Shown in pieces: positions 1 to 13,905 of a DNA stretch of 64,000 bases. Position 1 is the stretch's first letter. Each line of letters begins with the position of its first letter. The position numbers and the translations under genes were made by a program. Below the pieces are notes generated by a model that was not told the DNA's origin, made no database searches, and saw only the letters and a list, made by a program, of their open reading frames with translations. Source of the stretch: Bigelowiella natans CCMP2755 (lineage: Eukaryota; Protista; Cercozoa); assembly GCA_000320545.1 (NCBI GenBank), contig ADNK01003007.1, positions 1 to 64,000 on the forward strand. The letters are read 5' to 3'.

Positions 1-734
1 GTTAACAATCTGGTGCGAAGGTGTAGATACTTCAAGGTAAATCAGTCAAAACTACGTTCATTTTTTGCCTCTTTCCACGGTCTCGAAGCTCGTTTTCTCG
101 AATCGTTTGCATGAAGCAGAGAAAGCAGCAATGGGCCTATGTAGTCCGTTCCTTGTCATTGTCACCACCAGCTCTATCACTTTTCCAAACTCCATAAGTC
201 ACTCGGCTACCTCGTCTGCATGCCCAAAAACGCGAATCTGACGGATTGAAAGGTTCATTTGGCCATTCTCAAGCATCTTCGCTCGCAATTTTCAATGATG
301 ACGATGTTTAAAGAATCGAAGCAGAAAGAGGTGAGTTCTTCGCCCCAAAACGAGGCCGCTTGTCGATACGCGCATTTTGCTGTGATTTTGTTTTGCACGT
401 CTCCCAATGCTGCAATCCCCGCATGTTACTGATATAATGTGAAGCATTAGTCGATTGGAGACAGTCCCCACCCATGCATATTTACATAACTTGTTAGATC
501 ATCTTTTACAGTCTTTGCATCGCCTCAATTTTCCCTACCTTCCTCCTCTGTGCACATTTCCTTGATTGCTCTTACTCACGCAACGGTCAGTTGATGAAGG
601 GGCTGATCTCTGAGTTCAAGAAAATCGGAACTGATAACGGCATTCCAGCTAAGGTGTACTTGCTCTCTGTGCGTGTGTGTGTGTGTGTGCATCTTGTTAA
701 TTGTATAGCAATTAAATATCTGAAAACAGAAAGG

Positions 735-788
<54 letters not shown>

Positions 789-1640
789 TACACGCAGGAA
801 CCGAAATTTCGTATCCAACATATAGTGAGCTCTAAAAAAATAGTACGGATCAACTATTTTACAAGTATATATACATGTACAAATTCCTTCAATTTTTTAC
901 TGTTGTTGTAATTCATTCTCAAAGGATTTTCCTAGTCTCACCCGATTTCGGCAGCGGATGGAGGGGCATCAGCTCTGGAAATTGCCCAAAATCGATCAAG
1001 TTAAAACGGCGCTTACAACATACATAGACGCGACATCGAAACTCGAGCATAAGTTCTGGTTTCGTAGTTCTTCCACATGTGGTAGCTCAAAGCATTTCCC
1101 TGCTTGACGACTTTCTGCAAAATCAGATGAAGATCGATTTCGAGAACCTGGAGAAGATGCTCGCGTAAGCATGAGCTGCATGCGTGAAGATCCTTGATTT
1201 GCATTCCTTCTTCATTTCCGCTTGCATTCGCTCTTGAGCTAGTATTCGCACTGCCATAGAGGCATCGTTGTGACACAGCACGGCGAACGATCGATCACGG
1301 CATTTTACCACGGCATATTGATGGAGATACGGATGTTTGCTTTGAGACGCAACATTCAAATTAAAAAAACATAATAAAAACGATTGAGAAACTTTCCCTT
1401 ACAGGCTAGTCTATCTATAGAGTTCTTCTATCTCCTCAAAAGCATGGATGCAGGCACTTGATTTGTTCTCTTTCCCCCCTTCCTCTTCCTTGTTGCTCGT
1501 CATTTTCCTTCACAGATACGACATAGCAGGTATCATGAAAAACCTGCCGACCTCAAACAATTTCCAGGAGAAGAAGGCTGCCGCTGCTAGGTCCTCTGAA
1601 GTATTGAGAGAAAGCAAGACAACGCGGGAGAGGGGGAGAG

Positions 1641-1679
<39 letters not shown>

Positions 1680-2230
1680 AAGGGAGAGGAAGAGAGAGGA
1701 TGCAAACAACCAGTTATACATTTATACATCTATCATTATAACCCGTTACGTTACCATTTTTTGGTCAGTCTTTCCTCGCCATCATCTATCGCTAGCACGG
1801 CAAGCTACACCTCTCAGCGGCAGAGAGGAGCTAACAACAACAGCGCATTAAGCGGAATGGCGTCTCCGTCCAGCTTAGCAGCGACAGCGCCTACAAAAAC
1901 TGCGAACGGTTATCATCCACGCTAACATCTCGCATGTAGATACACGCAGTAGTACACAAATATACGAAAGCCTACCCTATCTCCCCTCTCACGCTTTTAC
2001 GCACATATCATCGTCATTAACATCCCTTGCTGATATCTCTCATCCTTGGGTCAATTGTGATATATCCTCAGGATCGTCGTTTCTTCAAGGATCGTCACCT
2101 CAAAATCCGTTTGGAGCTGCCCCAGCAACGTCATCATCGACTAATCCCTTTGGACCTGTGCAGAACCCATGGGTGAGAGGCTGATGATAAATGCGACAGT
2201 CAATTAAAGAAGTTCTTTCGGGGACTATGA

Positions 2231-2271
<41 letters not shown>

Positions 2272-2279
2272 ATATATTT

Positions 2280-2328
<49 letters not shown>

Positions 2329-2594
2329 ATATGCATTCAATTATTTATACGAGATATTTAAGCAATTGCGAGTGCATTTCCAGAACACCTTAGTACCCCA
2401 TCTCATGACTCCCTCCCCTCCCCCCCTCGGCATCTTCGTCAAGCTGACATTGTTATCACTTTCAGGTTGTAAACGAGCAAATGTTCCAAAAGTGCAAGGG
2501 ACTTTTCTCCACGCTGAAGGTAACGGATGGAGAACAAAATGGGATGATAAAGAGTTGGAGAGGAGGAAGGGAAGGAGAGGGTGCGAGACAGAGG

Positions 2595-2631
<37 letters not shown>

Positions 2632-2821
2632 CGAAAGATGGTGAGGAGGAGAGAGTATGAATAGCAATACAGCACCGATATCTACTTGTCTTCCTTTATT
2701 TTCGGGCTGCATTTACTTTTAGCGCCAATAGGAAATTCGGCATATGCCAGAGAGAAAATGAAATATACGCGTTTTTATGTCTACGTCCTTTGAACATTGA
2801 GAGAAGCTATACATGGGATGA

Positions 2822-2856
<35 letters not shown>

Positions 2857-3542
2857 AATATGAACGAGGTGTGCGCGTGCATGTATGCGTTGCGATTCTA
2901 CCAACGGCACTCTAACTTTGATATTTAATACAATCAGCCGGTTAATGGCAAGGTCGCTGGAAAGAATGCAAAGGAGATGCTGATGAAGTCGGGACTTTCA
3001 ATGCAGGTGCAGGGCTCATACTTTTCAGATTCACTTGTTTTTGTGCGTGCTAAATAATGTGTTTACTTTGCATGTAACCTGTATATACTACAGATTCATT
3101 TCATGAGTTGTGTATCTTTAATATGTATTCGAAATCGCAGCAACTAAGGGAGATATGGAAGCTCTCGGACATAGACAAGGACGGGTAAGTACACTGCACA
3201 CTATTCGCATCTAGGGAGCTTATTGCTCTTTTGGCTGATGAAATTAATAATCGTTTTCCCAGACAATTGGATGTGGAAGAGTTCAGCTTAGCTATGTATC
3301 TTATCGATGGCGTTCGCAGAGGTGACCGCGTTCGTAGTATGCGCTTCGTGCGGTGCACGTGCTACGGCATATGTGTTGCAGCATTTTCAAATAACTAAAT
3401 GTAGCACTCCGGCCTCTTTTTGTCGAGTTGTGGTGATTTGGAACGAAGTCAGACTTAATTTGCGCTACGCGTTTGTTCAGGCAAGATGCAATCGATTCCA
3501 AGCGCTTTGTCGCCCGAGATGGTGCCTCCATCAAAGAGATGA
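1..3542 (+). CDS. EHD1: EH-domain-containing protein (EHD1/RME-1 family dynamin-like ATPase), 3' part; gene starts upstream of the window
   Basis: Hand-spliced exons read VNNLVRRCRYFK|VHLAILKHLRSQFSMMTMFKESKQKE|LMKGLISEFKKIGTDNGIPAK|DFPSLTRFRQRMEGHQLWKLPKIDQ|MKIDFENLEKML|YDIAGIMKNLP (EHD helical domain). A linker with NPF motifs follows, then an EH domain: VVNEQMFQKCKGLFSTLK|PVNGKVAGKNAKEMLMKSGLSMQ|QLREIWKLSDIDKDG|QLDVEEFSLAMYLI...PEMVPPSKR*. The PPSKR ending is typical of EHD proteins. TGA at 3540-3542. Confidence 0.93.
2232..2320. repeat. Adjacent (TA)n and (GA)n microsatellites, an example of the many intronic SSRs in the window
   Basis: Directly visible. Similar tracts at about 747, 1655, 2600, 2826, 6546, 7782, 12832, 13737, 29547, 31452, 32004, 35905, 38256, 41717, 43917, 57250, 59853, 63271 and 63825. 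Confidence 0.95.
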
Positions 3543-4195
3543 TGATGACTGACGGCCATGCTTGATAGGCAGGGAGCGAGAAGTGAGAGAGTCTAGACCA
3601 TGTATGCAACCGAGCGTTAATTTAGAACTCTGCAACAAATGACCCTAATTGTAATGATGTTCAATAATTTAAAAAAAAATCACCAAAGCAGCCAGCCTAA
3701 TAGCGTAATACAAGTGCACAGCATCAGGGCCCAGCATTCTTATTAAGACAGAGTATCTGTTAGCTACCTATAGCTATGGTGCTGCTGGGACAAATCTAAA
3801 CATGCATCCAGTAAGATATTGGCTCACGATTTTCGTGTGGTAGCTGAGATGCGCCTGAAATACACACAGGGACAGCGCATTGCACTCACAATATACGCTT
3901 GGTACAGACAATCCGATCACCAGCGACGCGCAGTAACTGCATACATCCGCATTTTTGCGTAAATCATGCCCAGTGCAACAACATGCACTAGCAATATAGC
4001 CCGAGAAAAAGCATACTTACCAAGATATAGTCACAACGAATATGTCATGTAATCATGCAGTACACTGCGTCCATATAGCGCCTCATGGTGCAACATGCCA
4101 TTTTAAACTATGCAGTTAGAACTAGCACGTGCGTGTGCGTACAGAAATCTAGAAAGACGCGTCGATGAGCGACTCAGATTAAAATAATTCATAAA

Positions 4196-6541
4196 TCATA
4201 CGCTCTGGTCTTGGCCTGACATGTGTAGATCAATCCGTTTGCACCTTCCCGACGCCAGCACACTTCTATTAGGCGATGAGGCCCTTCCTAACATGCTTCT
4301 ATTCGGCGAGGAAGTACGCAACGACTGATTCATTCCTGAGTTCAGCTCCATCATTGCAATATCTCTGCTCTTATCCGACCTATACGTGGCCTCCCCGGAA
4401 GAGCGCTGGCTAGTAGATCGATCCAGATGCGGCCTTACCGATGAAATTGCGAACGACTCGCTCACCCGCCGCGAGTGCAGCCCCCCCAGCATTGCAATGT
4501 CCTTGCTTTTGTTCGATCCAAAGCTCAACCTCCGGGAAGAACGCCAGGCTGACGACTGATTGCGACTGAAAGTCGCTTCTCTTCTTATACTGTCGTTGTC
4601 CTCGGACTTATCCGAGCGTGGTGATTTCTTTAGAATCCCACTGTCCTTCTCTGTTTTCTCCTCAGCGACGGCCTCAACGACTGTGGTCTGAACCAACACA
4701 GCTGGAACTTCAACATACGTGTGTTTCCGCACCATTCCGGCGAGAATAAGAACATACTCGAGCAGGGCGATCGTAACTTGAACGCCGACATACGTTACCA
4801 CGCCGAACATGAGGATTATAAAAGGGCTGAGGACGATGCTTCTTACAGCATCGATGAATGGTGCATGTGCCTATACACAACAAAGAGCAATTGTTAATTA
4901 CGCTTAGATTCCCACATCCATTCTACCCTCCCTCCCCCCTCCTTATCGCTGATCTCACAGACCTCTTTCAAGTCAGTTGTCCACTCATAACGATTCCATA
5001 TACGCATCATGTGACCGTGAATTGGATCAAGCCTTTCAAACCATGATGGACACATGAGAAGAGAAAGAAGTTAATCAGAGGCAGGATATGATGTGTCGCT
5101 TTCTCTCGCACTGTCTACTCAAGCAAATCGGAAAATCCGTCGGCATACGAAGTACCTTTGGCAGTCTCCAAGGTAGAGGTTGGGATTGAAATCAAGCTGT
5201 TTCCAAGAGACCTTTGGGCATCGGAAGGACTGAGCGTCACCTGCAAGTGAAAACGGAGATGGGTGTAGATGTTGATATCACTTTTTGCAATAAGAGATTA
5301 GAGCTATGGCACCTCTTCCGCTCACTGAAATGTCTCCAATGGAATATGATCCCCTTTGGGTATTCGCAGTCGATAACACTTCTATGATCATGAACGTAGC
5401 TTTCACTCCTTTGAATCTAAGAATAAGAGGACGGCCATTGATTAGTGAAGTTGACCGATGGATGATAGATGTTTCCCTTCAAACTACACAACGGCCAACA
5501 AACCTACTGACCTTTGGACGTGCCTCTGTTTGTTGCGTTGCTGCTGCTGCTGTAGCACCGTGATGGTGGGAGAGTATTTGATATTGTGATTCGTGATGAT
5601 GATGATGCTGCCATTTGAATTTGTTTCTAGAGGCCCCATCGCCAATCCAATACGATACGCTAGATTCACCGAGGACGGCGCGGAGGAAACACTGTCTGTC
5701 TCCCACGTGATAGCCACCGAATGGATATCATATGCATCTATTCCAAATGTGCCGGATTCGATAGCGAAAGCAGATAATGGAAGGGACGCCGACCCTCTGC
5801 CTGACGTCACTGTCGTAGACAAATTTTGCAGCTTCGTTAATTGCAGTTCGTGGATACCAAGCGCATATTCCGAAGCTGTGGCGCAGTATTTCGAGTTCCT
5901 GCGATTGGATTGGCGGAATTTAAAGAGCAATAGAAAACGAGTCACTGTCTTTAACTTTATTGGTGAGTTACAGGATGGAATAGCAGATAATAGCGACGAA
6001 TATTCTCAGTAGAATTTTGCAATACCCAACAATCTATCGTCTTAATGAAAACCGTGTAGAAGTGTTATACAAGAGAAGAAGTACTATAGAAATAGCAGCG
6101 GGGAGTCTATGCGAGTATTAGGCATGAATTCGTGGGTGCGATCATGTAGGATGTAAGATGGGTAGAACCAATTATCAACGCGGGCCTTTTCGTTTAAATT
6201 GAATTCGTATTGGTCGTTTCTTATCTAGTTAAAGAGGGAAGATTCAAAGCAGGTAAGTAGTAAACAACTATCTGTACAAAGCCAGCATCAGGTGATATAA
6301 TAAATCATATGCGTCTATCAGTAAGTGTAGGAATGTATATGCAAGAGCTGATATGACTGAAGCTGTGGATCCTGTGTTGGCTCGTAACCCGTGCTGCTGA
6401 TCGATGCAAGCCAATTGTAAATGTTGCATGGCCATGCGCGTTCTTGCTATTAGCTTTGGCGGTTATTTCGTCGTTTCGAATCGTACGCTGAATTTCTTGT
6501 TGCAGAGTCATGCCTATTAGGTTGCACGTTCCATTACAAAT

Positions 6542-6582
<41 letters not shown>

Positions 6583-7778
6583 TCAAGAGAGTGGTCAAAA
6601 GTGAAAATTTAACATTGAAAGATAAAAAAGGATGAACATTCTCTGAAAAGATTTCTACCCTATAGAATACCTTGGAATACACCAAACGCTCCTACTGTCT
6701 TAACAGTCACAACTTGCCGGGTGACGTAATAGAGAATATAGAGCACAAAGGCTATGGACGCTGCCATGAAAACCTTCAAGGAATGTTCAGATCTCTCATG
6801 CAACAATGTCTTGTTGAAAATGCTGTGACATTCGCTAAAGACTTTACTTAGGAAATAGTCGAATCGGTGTGGAAGGATCACTACGATGTTTACGTGTCTC
6901 CTGCTACTGTTTCAATGCTGTACAAAACACCACCTTCCACATCTTGTAGAAGAGCTCCCAAACGAATTCATCAATTCTCAAGCAGCACTTATGGCTATAC
7001 AAATATTAACTTAAGTCAGAGTGCCGAACATCTATCTCTTTATTTCTGCTTTCAAGTCATTCTACATATTCAAGCGAGTCATTCGTATCATCATGCACGC
7101 ATGTACATGGTGAAGTTCTCCAAAAATTGATTCATCAATCTCTTCAGATAGCTCAGTATCATTGCCACACTTACATTGAATGGAGGCATCCACAACATAA
7201 CAGTTTCTTGCAGATGAGATCGAACAGGAATTGATCAGGTTTACCGACGTTGCTATCTGCACATACATCCTTTTATACGATAACCTTCTAAGACAAACGC
7301 GAGTCTCTCTTTTATACATCTTTCTTCTCTTTACATTGCCATGTTATCAACGAGCCACCTTTAAGCTTGATCCGGACCCCGATCACGTACTGTGCGGTTG
7401 AGATGAGAATGCGGAACCTGAGCCATTGCATCAAGCACGAATGCTGTGAGATCTGAAATGCTTTGACTACGGCGATGATAAACAAGAGGTGTTGATTTCT
7501 GTTTAATGTTAAGATTTTGGTATGGGTGAGGCAAAATTACCATCGAATAATGACCCAGCTGATATCAAATAGTAGAATCAGCGCTAGCAGCATTTTCAGA
7601 AGCACCGCCCCGGAAAATCTCCTTTACAAGTATCAACAATCCCGTTGCGCATGCAGCCATATTAAGCTAGGAAGAAGATAGTAATTGGTGCCACTTCTAG
7701 TTCTAACATCAATAGATTTATTTACTATGTATTTTGGTGTTGGGGAATATTTCTTTCCCCTCTTTGAATCGTTCCAAG

Positions 7779-7829
<51 letters not shown>

Positions 7830-10800
7830 CTAGCATCATGAGAGGCAGCAAGCGAACCACTGAGGATATTCAATATAGTCCTGCAACCGCGGCAGTACCA
7901 TCGAGCTCACGTTTACTGTCTAGATATGAGTACAAATTAGTGTTGGTTGATCTGCTTGTTTTCAATCTCAAATATTGAATCTGTGTATAGAATGATAAAG
8001 GAAAATAAAGCAGCAACGTGCAAACTGCACCTCTAGTCCCATTTGGTCATTTAATTTGAGAGACTGGTTGGAACGGCTGGGTATCCTCGTTGCGCTCACG
8101 TTCGTTTCTTGCGAAAGAACTTGCTTGAGGAGGGGCTCTGGAACCTGATTCAGCATTACAAGATATGCGATTGAAACGAAGGCAATCGTTCGATATTTGT
8201 AGCATATCCGTCTCACACGCCCACTAAGTGAAGCTTAACATTATAATTCTTAATTGACATGGAAGAGGAAAGGATTTGCCTTTGAGTACAGTACGTACGT
8301 GAGTTGGGAGGTTCGGCACAGTCAGTATAGCCTCGCTCTGGAAGGTCGTCGTCCATGCTCCATCTGTTGTACGTTAGCAATTTTATATCCTCTTTTATTA
8401 TTTAGAAAACCACACACCCCGCACACACATCGCAATTCGCAAAGCACTGCCGTCTAAGAAAGCAAGCTTAGCGTTAGAAACGGCCATAGTATCGTGGCGT
8501 GGAACACGCAATCAAGTTGAAGATGAAAATGTAGAGATTTAGAGTATGTCGATGGTCGGCGGGCTAAACTCGCTTATTCGCTAACTCACTAATTCGTTTG
8601 GTCGCGGCGGTGTGTGTCATGGCGTTGTAGCTATCGATCTCGCTGGAGTTGGCCTCGAGTGGCCCCCTACTGACACGAATCTGTGCACAAAGACACTTTC
8701 TCACTACCAACAGAATCTCGTTTGACAGATATCACCGTGCGTGCACAGAGCAGGGCCGCACCGTTTCATGGGTATCTACCTTGATAACATTCATAGAGTT
8801 ATTCGTCGCGTCGATCATCCTAAAAATTGATCAGAGGGATATGAGCATTAAAGACTCGGTTTATCGGAGGAAATACGTGTGCTTTGATACCGATTTAGAT
8901 CTCGGACATCCCTGTTAACCTAGTACGATATTGCAGAGAGAATAAAGGAAGGAAGAGTGGCATGGGCCTACAATCATGTACAGGCTATAAACTAGGTGCG
9001 GGACACACGTTTACTTTCCTTGTCGCTCTTGGAATGTATATACGAATATAGAATGCCATTGAGGACGAACCTCTTGCTGATATTCGCCAAGATACTTCTT
9101 CCGAGCTTTGCTTAAATTTCCCGTTACCTTTACACAAAGATACAGTAACATCTTTACAATAGCTGCATGAACAAAGGCTCACCTCATCAAAGCTTGGCCA
9201 CGCATCATTTAGTATAACAAAGCAGGTTCCATTCGCCCCTTCGTTGGTGGGAATGTGGGGAGAAGGCAGCTTTTGGAATAAGTAATAGTGCTGGTTGGAT
9301 CTGAAAATCCAAATTAAGAATTTGAACGAATTTTACAATCACAACTTGTGATAAACGTAGACAGCACTGCGAACTAACAATAACACATATTAATGCTCAC
9401 GACAGGTGAACAAGAAACAATGAACAAAGCATTGATGCAAGTCTACATGCGCCAGAACCAACCAGGGTGTTATTCTAATAGACAAACTCGACGCAGATGT
9501 TGTTGGTATAGTCATATTCCATATTCGGAACTCTTTCATCCTTACCGATCGAAGCTGTAGCCTCGGCACCTAATAGAAATACGATAATTTCGAGAGTTTG
9601 AAACAGTGTCAAGCATGATCATGAACTTGCACTTCTGTTCTACATCAGATTAAATTTGGCTATGTAAAACTCCAAGAGACACCATCTACTCGATTTAATA
9701 ACTGTCATCAACGAACGGCCTACCAATCAGCATTGCCACACCATTCCGAAAGGTTCGCCATAATCTTCTCTTCATCGGACCTGACAAGCGTAGGGTCAGG
9801 AGGAGTGTGTGAATAGAATGTACTTGCAATATATGCATTGGCGACGCGATTGAAGAGATTGGTAAGTACTTTGGATCAAGATGCCACGTAACAATTTCAT
9901 GCGAGGTGGGATCTGATGTTTTATGAACAAATATTTGTAACTCTAAAGAGTGTTTCGGAGCTAATCAAGGAAGCTGACTGCCATCGCCTGAATCGCCTTT
10001 TTTAAGAGTAGCCAATCGCTAGTTACATCTATGGAAAAACATTGTTGTTTTGCCTGAAATGACCTTTGTAATTGTAGGCGATTGAGTCCTTTTCATAGAT
10101 CGCGCCTTTTCCGTAATGCAGATTACATACAATAATTTTATATTGAACTACCGTTTTTACGGACAATGCAGCCGAATCTAATTTGACTTAATAACCGTTG
10201 AAAGATAGACGATTTATGAATTAATACATATTTAGCCCGCAGCACGAGAACAAGAAGAGCTCAGAATACGCGAATGAATATAAAACAGGAAAGTAATCTC
10301 GTGATAAGTCGGGAGATAAAAGAAAGAAACATCAGTGACCTCCTTTGAGATTGCAGGCCTTTTCAGAGCTTATTTCATCAAACTTACTCGCACCTTTTGG
10401 TGGTGTCTGAAATCTAAGTAGAAAGAGGAGACATATGCAGATGATGATTAGAGGCGAATCGAGAAGTAAACAAAAGAAAACTAAAGAAAACATTGAGAAA
10501 AAGGGCTTGTTTAATTTGTGTGCACTGGTGCTTGTGAGAGAAAGAAAGAAAGAGAAGCGAGAGAGAGAATGAGTGTGAGAGGGAAAGCTGCATTCAAATT
10601 ACTGAAGATTGTGAAAGGCCTTCACTGCAGTCTTATTGTTTTCGTAAGCAGACCATATCGCAGCATCTGCAGCTAAACATCCTGTCATACACAAAAACAA
10701 ACAAACACACACACACACACACACAAGCAAACTCACACACTCTCACACACTTAAGAATAAAACTGGTGATGAAACAAATTCATGCCTGTGTTCACATGTA

Positions 10801-11696
10801 TACGCGTAATGCCACTCCACATTGGAGGGACAGCAGAGCCGCAGAAATTGATGTAAATACTGCCAACTACCATGTTGTTTTGCGAAGTATGTGCTATCAA
10901 TTCTTGAGGTCTCATTTCTATATGCTGCCTCGATTGCATCGACTACCCCAGAGAGCTTTGCAGTAAAATAGTAGTATCATCGGAAAATCAGGTGCGGTAT
11001 GTTTAGAGAACTACATAATCATATTATACCTGTGAATCTCTCTTAACAGCAAATTCGGGGTATTGCTTGAGAATGTCAAAATGCTCCTGGAAAAAGGGCT
11101 AGCTATTATTGCCATTTCTGGTTGTACTTGCAGCGTTTTCATTTTTCAATAAGAAGTGAAGGACTCATTAAGTTGCTATTGTCTGTTTATTCGAACGCAA
11201 ACAAACTAAACCTTATTCACTGCTAAAAACAGCATCCCCATGAAGCTCATTGTAAACAGCAGCGCCAGGGCACCCTAGAAGTAAGAAGATGTTTTTTTCG
11301 AGGTAAAGCAGTCAAAGAAATTTGAGTTGTAAGTGTGTGTGGAATAAAACACACACTATATTCCACGGTCGAACGACGTGGGAAGCGGCTTGCCTGCTTC
11401 ATACCTGGAAACCAAATACCAGCGCGATGTACAGCCAGTGATACCTTTTGAAGATTGCCGCTATTGTTATAATTGTTATTGCCTTTTTGTAGTAATGAAT
11501 TCGGTGCATTGTGTACTATATGCATCGGCGACTAGGCATATAATCGGTGAAGGCCCTTGAGAACTACCATCGGAGTCTATCTTGGTGCAGAACTTCAAGT
11601 TGCGTTTCATTTATTTTCTTCTTTCCTGTTTTAAAGTGATAAAATCAGTAACATAACGCTCGGCATACCTCACAGAATCCTTTCGTTTCTTGCGTA

Positions 11697-11733
<37 letters not shown>

Positions 11734-12832
11734 TATTATTTTTTTTAATTATTCATTGATTAAGTCAAATATTATATCATTTCACCATCTTTTGATGGAG
11801 TCGGCATGGAGTATCCGTCGCTAATTGATAGAGATCGAAACGACGAATGTTACCATATGAAATTATAGCAACTTAATTAAGAGTGTTACTGTTGGCATGG
11901 CCGGATCGCACATACGAAACAACACAAACGAAGACGAAATAATCTCATCATACGAACAAGGAAAGCTTGACTAGCTCGTGCAAATTCGGCACCTCTCTAA
12001 GCTTATACGATAGCCGGTGACGTCAAGAGCATATTGCATTTTATTTCTAGGATAAAAGACAAACAAAGGAAAACAGTAAGCTGCATTCGAAATGAAGTGT
12101 TGTGGTTTTCAGGAGAACCAATAGTAGCAGTGTACTCACCTGATGTTCCTTTGATAAATCTTTACGCATGAAAACATCAATAGGAGCATTGCAACGGCGA
12201 ATAGGGCTATTACGGCTTGGATGTATGTGCGGAAAAGCCTCCAAACGCCGTTCATGCTGTGAGATGTTCCTATGTAAACAAAGGGATGAAACTTACCCAT
12301 TCGTGTCAATAGAACAGAGTAATATCGATGATATATTTTACACAAATGTAGTCGCTCGCGCGCACGCATAGATCCACACCCACGCTCACACTTAAATGAA
12401 AGATCTGTCAGGGGCGCATTAGTAGTGTGTGTTTGAGGACAAGCCCGCTTATAAGATCTGTCAGGGGCGCATTAGTAGTGTGTGTTTGAGGACAAGCCCG
12501 CTTATTTTCACTTGGACATGCAATTCGGAATGAAACCTTCCTCAATGCTTGATTTTGTCAGTGTGAGTAGGGAATCATTGAATGTCGGTCTCATAGCCCG
12601 TACGACGCCTGCAGCATGACCCATAGATTCATTATGTCTCCGCAATGCTCTGGAACTAAGTACGCAAAATTTATGAAATTTAATCAGATAGGCTTTTGCA
12701 GGACCTGTTGGATCCACCCATGTAATGACGTAAGGCCCCATGCCCTCCCCCCCGTCCTGGATGGCTTCAAAGTTGCTGCTGCTCTCTGATAGTGGGCCAC
12801 GATACTCAACCTGATAATATACGAAACAAGAA

Positions 12833-12888
<56 letters not shown>

Positions 12889-13731
12889 GAAACAGTTATG
12901 GGGATGGTATACAAGTAATTGTCAACCACGAATTTCCAGATGTTTGATGACGATGAAATGAAAAGAAAATTCTAATCATCTATCTAAATGCAGAGAAACC
13001 AACCATGGCTGCACGCCGTGAGTTCGCTCCTAATCTTGAAGTCAGCGGCAGTAGGGGACAAGGCATCGCTCTAAGATTATGCTTTAAATTACTATTTTGG
13101 CACCAGCTACCACTTAGACGACAAAGGAGAAGAAATAAGTCTCATGATAGTTTTGCTGATATGGAGAGAGAGGTCTTCTAGAAACAAACTCCTTAGGCGG
13201 CATATCCCCAAAGAATTTCGAGAGCTAACAGTTATCTCTTAAGAAATACCGGAATGTGCACGGCTCTCCTAAGATACAACAACGGAGGCGTATTACATCG
13301 TCAATGCAACAATCGTAAGAGCTCAAGGAGAAAAAGCTATTACCGGTCCATTCGAAGTGCTTGCTCACCAATAATACCTTATTTGTACAGGATATGCATA
13401 CAATATATGCGGGAGATTCATATGCTTCTGACGATTGAGATAGGATACACACAAATGTATTCTTTTATGCCTTTTACCTGCTGACCGGAAGGGCTATACT
13501 GCCATATCTTTACCCCTGAAGAGAGAGAGCAAAATTTAAAGCTAAATACAAATGTAAGTGTGACAGGTAGCGTTACCAATGTAGCCTTTGGCAATTGACG
13601 TGAGAAGTGATGACTTTAACACAGTGTGATTGCGATGGACATCTCTGATCAAAACAAGCATAGGGAATATAAGCTCTAATGTCCCCATTACCTCTGCCCT
13701 CGCCTATTTCGTTTCATCTCTTTGTCTTTAA

Positions 13732-13783
<52 letters not shown>

Positions 13784-13862
13784 AGTTTTATGTAAGAGGA
13801 ATAGATAGAAGGCACAGAAGGCAGCATACTTTTGAGTTCGTGTGTCTTTGTATGTGTGTGTT

Positions 13863-13905
<43 letters not shown>

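Noticed and set aside
576-911. Short ORFs with SLSLSL, ERERER, HTHTHT, YIYIYI or CVCVCV runs, here and throughout the ORF track
   Set aside because: These are translations of intronic dinucleotide microsatellites.
3543-4195. TpA-erosion signature in the EHD 3' convergent gap
   Set aside because: Only about four CTAG sites and many ordinary TAs remain, too weak to call by eye.
5593-6012. 139-aa plus-strand ORF
   Set aside because: Antisense shadow of a minus-strand exon; it begins in an (ATG)n microsatellite and has no recognisable motif.
7564-7666. Apparent stop codon ending the RCC1-like gene at about 7565
   Set aside because: A canonical gtaaag donor after LNMAACATGLLIL splices in phase to downstream exons, so the stop is probably intronic.
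12400-12505. CRISPR-like direct repeat
   Set aside because: Only two abutting copies with no spacer, no cas genes, and a eukaryotic intron context.
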